From the NCBI GenBank assembly GCA_951406725.2, contig OX597820.1:93124001-93188000 (forward strand): 64,000 nt of DNA, in the 5' to 3' direction. A program made the position numbers and the translations under genes. This DNA comes from Octopus vulgaris (taxonomy: Eukaryota). A model generated the notes under the pieces. That model did no database searches, was not told the origin of the DNA, and was given only the letters and a program-made list of their open reading frames with translations. This document shows positions 56,218-64,000 of the stretch, one piece after another (position 1 is the stretch's first letter; each line of letters starts with the position of its first letter).

Positions 56218-56417
56218 ATGGTTTCAAATTTTGGCACAAGCCAGCAATTTCGAGGGAGGGGAGCAAGTCAATTACATCGACCCCAGTGTTCAACTGGTAC
56301 TTATTTTATTATCCCTGAAAGGATGAAAGGTAAAATCGATCTCGGCAGAATTTGAACTCAGAACGTAAAGATGGACGAAACACCGCTAAGCATTTTGCCC
56401 AACGTGCTAACGATTCT
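56218..56417 (-). mobile_element. SINE family B
   Basis: ggtttcaaattttggcacaag...gatgaaagg.aaaatcgatctcggcagaatttgaactcagaacgtaaaga...cgtgctaacgattct. Confidence 0.85.
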
Positions 56418-56481
56418 ATGTGTGTGTGTGTGTGTGTGTAGACGTAATTGTATGTGTCTGCGGATATGTACAAATTTATGC

Positions 56482-56513
<32 letters not shown>

Positions 56514-57529
56514 TAATGTATGACTGCAGCTATTATTTTACATTACTTATCCTTTTTACTACCAACATTTTGTCATTATCCTTTAATCATGAAATATCAT
56601 AATAATATTTCGCATATTTGCATATTTTTCAATTATTTTATTCTGGCTTGTGCCACTCCAATTTTTTTTTCTTTTTTGCTGTTCACTCGCTCCCTTGAAA
56701 TGCGTAAGCATTCGAGGCTTACCACACAGCCATATCTGCACCTATTAGGATTTTCTTTTGAATCTATCTCTTTATCGCATTCTTATAAACATCTCGCTAT
56801 ATATACACATACATACAGACACATGTAAATATAAAATTATATGGGCGTGCGTGTATGTGTTAGTATACGTATATATGTATTATTCAACTATATATTATAG
56901 TAGTATATGATATATATGTTTATATAATTGTATATGTATGTATTATATATATATGTGTATGTCTATTTGTATGTATGTATGTATGTATGTATGTATGTAT
57001 GTATAAAGTATACTTATATCTATTAAACATATATGTAGCTATGTTGATGATTTGACCACTACTTCTAGCACGCATAGCAGCGGCATGTTATAGTGCTCAG
57101 TTGTATCTATTTTTTTTCTTTCTACTATTGTAATAATAGTAGAAACGTTTTCACACGATTGTGTAAATCGACATTTGTTGTATGAGTTACGTTTGATACA
57201 ATAAATGGTTGAATAAAGAAGTTTCGGTATGTAATATATATTTTATTTGAACATCTCAGTATGCAAGTAGTGCGTTTATGCTTTTCAGGCTTATCAAAGA
57301 ATAGACAACATCAGGTCACTTCTGCGCATGCATCGTACGAATTGAAAGAAAGTCCAGACGGACAACAAATAATATGAATGACGTGTGTGTATAAATATTT
57401 TATGTATTATAAGTATTATCTATATATCATTTATTTTATGTATATACAAACACAGACATGCACACACACATATATATAGATAAACACACACGTATATGTG
57501 TGTATGTGTGTGCGTGTGAGCAATGTAGT

Positions 57530-58128
57530 TAGTCCTAAAATCTCTGTAAGAGATTTAAGTAGTAACAATACTAAAAAGTAGTGTTTGTTGCTACTTCAAA
57601 ATGGCTGTTCCGTACGAAACTACACTAGTGCCATTTTTTTAACACCAGGAGGACATCTCTTCAAGATGTTTAACGATACAACCAGTGTTCCTTATACTGC
57701 GAGTAGTGGAGTAAACCCCTACCATCTGGCGGTGACAAGACCAGTATACCAGTTTGGTTTCGGCGTATTTCCCTTCATCAGTACTGCACACCTGTCTGCT
57801 AGATATGGCAGTCGTTTGTCCTAGGTCGCAACACATAGGAAAATAAGTGACATTCAGCTGCTGATTTTGCAACAAGCAAAGGAACTAGTTCTAAAATCTC
57901 TATAAGAGATGTAAGTAGTAACAATACCGAATAGCAGTGTTTCTTGCAATTTCAACGTAGCTGTTCCGTACGGATCTACACTACTACCATTTTTTTTAAC
58001 CCCAGGAAGACATCTCTTCCAGCCGATATATTGCGAGCAGGGAACAAATCCCTATTATCTAGCGGTGACAAGACTAGCAAACCAGTCTGGTTTCAAATTG
58101 GTATACTGGTCTTGTCAGCAGACAGGTA
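57530..58128 (-). mobile_element. Tandem HHR-containing repeat (retrozyme/PLE pseudo-LTR-like) with short inverted end segment
   Basis: 57530-57761 duplicated at 57886-58094; 58095-58128 is an inverted copy of the HHR-flanking sequence. Confidence 0.75.
57719..57811 (-). ncRNA. Type I hammerhead ribozyme with extended stem I
   Basis: Minus strand: cagua-CUGAUGA-a-ggg(aaaua)cgcc-GAAA-cca(aac)ugg-UA|uacug; stem I continues gacagg/cuuguc and cugccau/augguag across internal loops. Confidence 0.8.
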
Positions 58129-58253
58129 TCCCGTCTTTAATTATATTAACATAATTAAAGGATAAAATCATTAAGATGAATGAATTTTATCATTGACCAA
58201 CATATAAAAAAAAACCCTTTTAGGCAAAATACATATATCGAGATATATAATCG

Positions 58254-58389
<136 letters not shown>

Positions 58390-58552
58390 GAATAAGGGTA
58401 GAAATTGATATTAATCAATTAAAACCAGTGGCCTAGCATATTAACAAAATTTAAAGGACTGACCACTAAAAGTGGACGGTCAACATGCTAGATATAGACG
58501 TCAAAATCGCTATTTTCTACGAAGAATGTATTCTCAAATAAAAACTCAGCAT

Positions 58553-58785
58553 TTTAGGGTTAATTAGGGTTATAGTATAGGATTAGTGCTTAGTATTAGG
58601 GTTCGGGTTCAGTGTGAGGGCTGAGGTTTCGGATTAGGTTTCGATGTTTTGAATTAAGCCTTAAGGCTAGGGCTACGATTTAAGATTAGACTTTAAATTT
58701 AGTGTCAAAGTTAAGGGGTAGATTTTATTATTAAGAAGTAGAGGTTAGTGTTTGGGTAGAGTTAGTATTTAGGGTCACGTTTAGA
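58553..58785 (+). repeat. Degenerate TTAGGG-like array
   Basis: ttagggttaattagggtt...ttagggttcgggtt...ttagggtc. Confidence 0.6.
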
Positions 58786-60371
58786 AATTTTACTGCAAAT
58801 GTAATGTGTTGCTTCCTTTCATTTTTTTAAAATATATTCATCTTCAAATGTTTTTAAAGTTTTTCTTATTGATTTCTCAAAAATAGCAAATTGTTGTCAT
58901 TGACGTGGTCCTTTGTTCAAAACTTCATCTGTATAGAAATTCTCAATAAAATCAGACTGTATGCGTCAAACGGGAACGATTTGACGGGCGTCGTTATCCC
59001 CAAAGCTGGGATATTGGGTGATATATATGTTTGTGTGTAAAGGAATATATGCATATACACACATATTCATATACAAATATTTATACACGTATATATATAT
59101 ATATATTAATACATACATCCATCCATCTATACATACATACATACATACATACATACATACATACATACATACATACATACATACATACATACATACAGAG
59201 ATAAGTTTATAAACACGATACATTCCGTAGCAGACATTTTTAATCTGTTAGCATCAAATTGTTTCTGATAAAACAGACACAGCTCCGCTTCACCAAAATC
59301 CCCTGAAATCCTTCCTCTTAAGCCATCAGAAATATTTTTCTTTTAAGCCAACAGAGATGTATGAATTCTTCCAGAAATTATGTGGATAAACAAAACACAA
59401 ATTTATCAAAATATCGTCTAAATTCTCTTCAAGAGTTTTCTTCTCTGATAAAAGTTAACAGATGTTATCTAAACATTTTTGTTTTTCTTTATAATAAATT
59501 TTGTGATACACACGCAAAAAAAAAATACAAAATTGCCGAAAGAAGGAATTTAAAAACATTTTTATCGCTTATTCCAGAACTACTTTCATAAAAATTTTGA
59601 AAAAATCACTTTGAAGACTTTGTAGCGCATTTTAGTTATTGCAGTGAACGAATCGGAGTAAAAGAAGCGGAAGGAGCGTGGAGGCTGCTAGTTCTGTGAT
59701 CCTGATTCAGTAGACATACAGACAGACACACAAAGAGACAGATAGAGACAGTAAAAAGATCTTAGTAAATCTCAGTAGCTCGGTTAGTTCTTTCACTTCT
59801 TTTATTCTAGAAATTGTTATACCGTGTGTTTAAAATAAATTGACATTCAGCACCATAAAACCAAGTTATTAAGGAATACTGAAAGCAAAATACAGAGTCG
59901 TTAACAGTGTTAGATGCATCATGGTATTTGTTCTGATATTTGTTGCTCTGCGTTCAAATCAAGTTGTCCCTAATGTCTTTGTCCTGTATAAAAGAAAAAG
60001 CAGCGGAACTGTAAGAAGGACGGACCGATTGATGCCCTTCAGAAATTGCTCCGGCGTTCAGCGTTCAAATCCCGCCGTGGCCTACATGGGTTGTAGACTT
60101 AATCAGTCGCTCGTTTTAACGGTACTACTAGACGCCTACGGTACTTTTAGCAGAGTTTACTCTATTGCAAGCATTTGGTGAGGTCTCTGGTTTGAAGATA
60201 CCTTCCTCCCTCTTCCAGCAGCTTCAAAGAACTTGTAAAAAGTTTACTGGAACTTTCCTCCTGACTAAAGGATAAAAAGAAAGCAGGGAGGTTATACACA
60301 TTTACACAATCATTTTGATGTTTGTGATAGGGAAATAGTCGTCAGTTTCAAATCACTGGATTCCATATTGA

Positions 60372-60578
60372 TTTTAAATTTTGACTCAAGGCCAACAATT
60401 CTAGGGAAGAGAGTAAGTCCATTACATCGACTCCAGTATTCAAAGTGATTTATCAGCCCCAAAGAATGAAAGGGAAAGTCGACCCTGATGGATTTTTAAA
60501 CTCAAGGCTTAAAGACGGATAAAATACGGCTAAGCATTTCGCCCGGCGTGCTAACGATTCTGCCTGTTCGCCGCCTTC
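60372..60578 (-). mobile_element. SINE family B
   Basis: gtaagtccattacatcgac...gaaagtcgacc...gctaagcatttcgcccggcgtgctaacgattctgcc. Confidence 0.8.
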
Positions 60579-60825
60579 ACTGTGTTCCATATTACCAAGC
60601 AGCTACTCCAGGAATGACTGTACTTTCACTCATATCCTTACTAAATTCCATCAAATCGTATCCGGTATCATCCTAATATTACAGTCATGAAATCTTCAAA
60701 AGAGCATAGTGGTCTTCTGTACCTGGCCCAGGGCGTTTTGCAAAACATTACTGATATATAATTACTTTGTATATCAGATAATCTCATTTACATCAAGACA
60801 GCCTGGTACGTCATGAAACAATCTA

Positions 60826-62106
60826 TCAGGTCATCCCATAAGTTCCGTCCGATTTTACCTTTTTTTTAAATTTGAATGAATTTTAATAGTATTTTAGAAT
60901 CTCTAATGGAATTAAACATTATTTTTATGCATTTGTGTACATTTAAACTGATTAAATATTATTTTAGAGAATAATAGGATTAAAATTTCGTTGATTAAAG
61001 CTTTTTCTAACATGGAAGTATTCAAGGAGCATTTGAGGCACATAATGCCTTATGAGTACAAAAAAACGAAACTCTGCAGCCGAAGTGACTCGAAACATAT
61101 ACTTAGTTTATGGGCAAGAATGCTTGACTGAAAGAACTAGCAGAAGATGGTTTGCAAAATTCAGAAGTGGAGATTTCAGCCTTGAAGATGAAGATCGAAC
61201 AGGACGTCCAGTTGAGTTTGATTATAAACTCCCCGAGGCATTACCTGAAGAAAATCCTGCATTATCAGTTGAAGAATTGGCAATAAAGCTTAGTTCAAAC
61301 CATATAATTGTTCGTCGTCATCTTCAACAACTTGGAAAGGTTCCTAAACTCGGAATATTGGTGCCTCGTGAAATGTTCGAAAACAACCGCGAATCCTGAA
61401 TTGACATCTGCTCTTCTCTCCATTCTCGCTAACTCATTCCACCTTTTTTTTTGATAGACTTGTGACTGGTGACGAAAAATGGAAATGCTACCGAAATGTT
61501 AAGCGTCATAAACAGTGGCTTGGTAAAAGGGAAAAAGCTCAACCACAATTGAGAAGGGAACTTCATGAGGAAAAGGTTCTTCTCTCTATCTGGTGGGATT
61601 GCAAAGGAGTAATTCACTTTGAATTGTTACCAGCTAATACAACAATCAATCTCAAGTCTACTGTCATCAATTAGAGTGTTTCAACCAAGCTTTGAAGAAA
61701 AAAAGACCCGCTTTAGTGAATCGAAAAGAAGTTATGTTTCATTAGGACCATGCGCGACCCCACACTGCAAAGATCACATAACAGAAAATCGAAGAGCTTA
61801 GTTGGGAAAAAAATCTTCATCCAACTTATTCTTCCGACCTTGCTCCTTCAGACTGCCATTTGTTTCGTAGTTTACAGAATCATTTGGGGACATAACTTTC
61901 GCAAGCCAAGAGGAGGTCGAAACTGACATTTCAGAGTAGCTTCGCTTTGCGACCAAAAGAGTTTTATATTGATGAGATTAAAATGCTTGCAAATAGATGA
62001 AAGGGAGTCATAGATAATCAGGGAAAGTACATTGATGATTAAATATAACATTTGATCGCTTGTATTCTTTATTCAAAATTCGGACAGAACTTATGGGATG
62101 ACCTGA
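60826..62106 (+). mobile_element. Full-length (1281 bp) mariner transposon with TA TSD
   Basis: TIRs tcaggtcatcccataagttccgtccga.tttt / aaaattcggacagaacttatgggatgacctga; TA on both sides. Confidence 0.95.
61012..62042 (+). pseudogene. Mos1-like DD34D transposase pseudogene
   Basis: MEVFKEHLRHIM; RRWFAKFRSGDFSLEDEDRTGRP; LVPRE (WVPHEL-like); VTGDEKW; IWWDCKGVIHFELL; DHARPH; YSSDLAPSD; frameshifts and stops. Confidence 0.92.
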
Positions 62107-62121
62107 TAAAATAAATCGTCA

Positions 62122-62520
62122 TAGGCACGAGCGTGGCTGTATGGTAGGAAGTTTGCTTCCAAACCACATGGTTCCAAATTCAGACCCACTGCGTGGCACC
62201 TTGAACAAGTATCTTCTACTATAGCCTCAGGAAGATCAAAGCCTCGTGAGTGGATTTGATAGACGGAAACTAAAAGAAGCCCGTCGTAAATGTGTGTGTA
62301 TGTATGTGTGTATATATGTGTGTGTGTGTGTGTGTGTGTCTTTTTGCTTATCTCTCACCGCTGTTTGACAACAGGTGTTTGGCTTTTTTTATGTACCCCT
62401 AATTTAAAGTTTCAGCAAAATGTCCGATGGAATAGTACTTTGGACGATTTGCTCAATTAAAAACACTCCAAGGCGGTGCCCCAGCATGGCCACAGTTTAA
62501 TGACTGAAACAAGCAAAAGA
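62122..62520 (+). mobile_element. SINE family C
   Basis: ggcacgagcgtggctgtatggtagg...gcgtggcaccttg...gtggatttgatagacggaaact...cagcatggccacag. Confidence 0.85.
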
Positions 62521-62559
62521 TAACCGATAAAAGATTATTTGCATAATTTGCATTTTCTG

Positions 62560-63690
62560 TGACAAAGCACAGACGCTCTTCAGACAGAAATTTTAAAATT
62601 GCTGATGCATTTCACATAAAAGTTAGAACCTACTAGCGCGCTACACAGGGGATGCTAAACTTTATTCGTGCACTTCATATGGAAATTAAAAATTACAAAG
62701 ACACATCATAGAAAAAAGTTGCAAACACACTTCACGTAGAAAGTCAACATTTACAGATGCAATTCTTATTGATAGTAAAGATTTCTGGCGCAGTTCACAT
62801 AGAATGTTAAAAATTAGTAGCACATTTCAAACGAACAGTTAAAAAAAATTACTGATGCATTTCGCATACAAGTTAAACATTACAAGTGGATTTCAAGTAA
62901 TAAAGTTAAAATTTGCTAACACGCTGCACATGGAAGTTTTAAAAATACTGGCACCCTTTGTATGGAATGATATATATTATTGGCGCGGTTCACATGTACT
63001 GTTAAAAAATTGGGCTCACCTTACATGAAAACAAAAAATATTTAAGATGCCACATATAAAAAGTTAGGATCTTTTCGGTTTGAACGGCAGTTTTTTCTAG
63101 CGGTATCATATGAAATTGTCACCCATAATTATGACCCTAGTATCGATCTATTGCATTTCAATCTGTTTTAGGGTTAGGGTTAGGTTAGGGTTAGGGGTGG
63201 GGGAAGGGTATCTTTTTTTCTTCACATATGTAATTAAACCCAATCTGTTTCTTAAACGAGGGACATATTCATACGGCACAGAATGTTTTTTAACTCAATA
63301 GACGTCACTGATTGGTTGAAATTGCAGAAATTGAAGAAAAAAAACAGCAAATATCTTACAAACTATAGAATTGTCTCAATAAAGCCAAAAGATGCTTTAT
63401 AAACACATTCTACCAGTATACGAAGTTTAAAATTTTTTAGTTACCTAGAAATTATGTTAAAAACTGCCGTTCAAACCGAAAAGATCCAAAAGTTAAATAC
63501 TATTAGTGCGCTTCACGTGGCAAGCTGAATATTATTGATGCTCTTTTATATTAAAAAATGGGGGGGGGGTGCAATTCACGTGATGAGTTAAAACATACTG
63601 GCAGGCTTGAAGTGGGGGAAGTTTAAAACTTATTAGTGTATTTCACTAATAAGTTTTTATAAATGGAATGTTAAAAACTACTGGCACTCA
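62560..63690. repeat. Degenerate ~36-40-bp minisatellite (ttcacat.gaaagttaaaaattactg..gc), split by a MITE
   Basis: Recurring cacat/cacgt...aagttaaaa motif on both sides of 63067-63487. Confidence 0.7.
63067..63487. mobile_element. MITE (421 bp) with ~29-bp TIRs, 8-bp TSD and internal TTAGGG repeats
   Basis: TIR ggatcttttcggtttgaacggcagttttt / aaaaactgccgttcaaaccgaaaagatcc; TSD aaaagtta on both sides. Confidence 0.92.
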
Positions 63691-64000
63691 CTCACATCGT
63701 CAGTGAGTCACATTTACATCAACAGAATCTGACATATCCTGAAACATACACCAAAATGAATGAATTATTTAAATTTAATACAAACGCTATGCATCCCAAT
63801 CTCTATATATATAAAGCTGAAGTTGTCTGTGTATGGCAGGTTTGGTAGCCTTCAACTAACACTATCTCCTCCGAGACCCTGCGGCGCAAGTTGACCAAAA
63901 TTGAGAGTATGATAGAAGAAGGCTTGCTCTTCCTTCCGTAGAAGAACAAATTCGAATCGAACCATGTTAAGACCAAAAATTATTTACATCATAAAGGTGC

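Noticed and set aside
62560-63690. CRISPR-like spacing of a ~37-bp motif
   Set aside because: Contiguous degenerate tandem units without unique spacers, no cas genes, eukaryotic context

Overview
AT-rich eukaryotic non-coding DNA made almost entirely of microsatellites, tRNA-derived SINEs and decayed transposons. I could not support any intact host protein-coding gene; the long ORFs in the track are translations of simple repeats. The SINE families and microsatellite density resemble an Octopus (cephalopod) genome, which is an inference from recall. Recognisable elements: three mariner (DD34D) copies, one full-length but dead and two internally deleted; several R4/Dong-type and CR1-group LINE remnants; a Penelope-like element (PLE) with a GIY-YIG remnant; two MITEs with 8-bp target-site duplications; and a 100-N assembly gap. 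The most interesting signal is a set of hammerhead ribozyme (HHR) motifs in short non-autonomous repeats. One is a complete type I HHR with an extended stem I in a ~333-nt tandem, retrozyme-like unit at 57.5-58.1 kb. Another is a tRNA-headed SINE with a HHR tail, inserted as an inverted dimer with a 14-bp TSD at 18.5-19.0 kb. A two-copy family has a variant CUGU(U/A)GA core. All alignments and pairings were done by eye, so boundaries of degraded elements are approximate.
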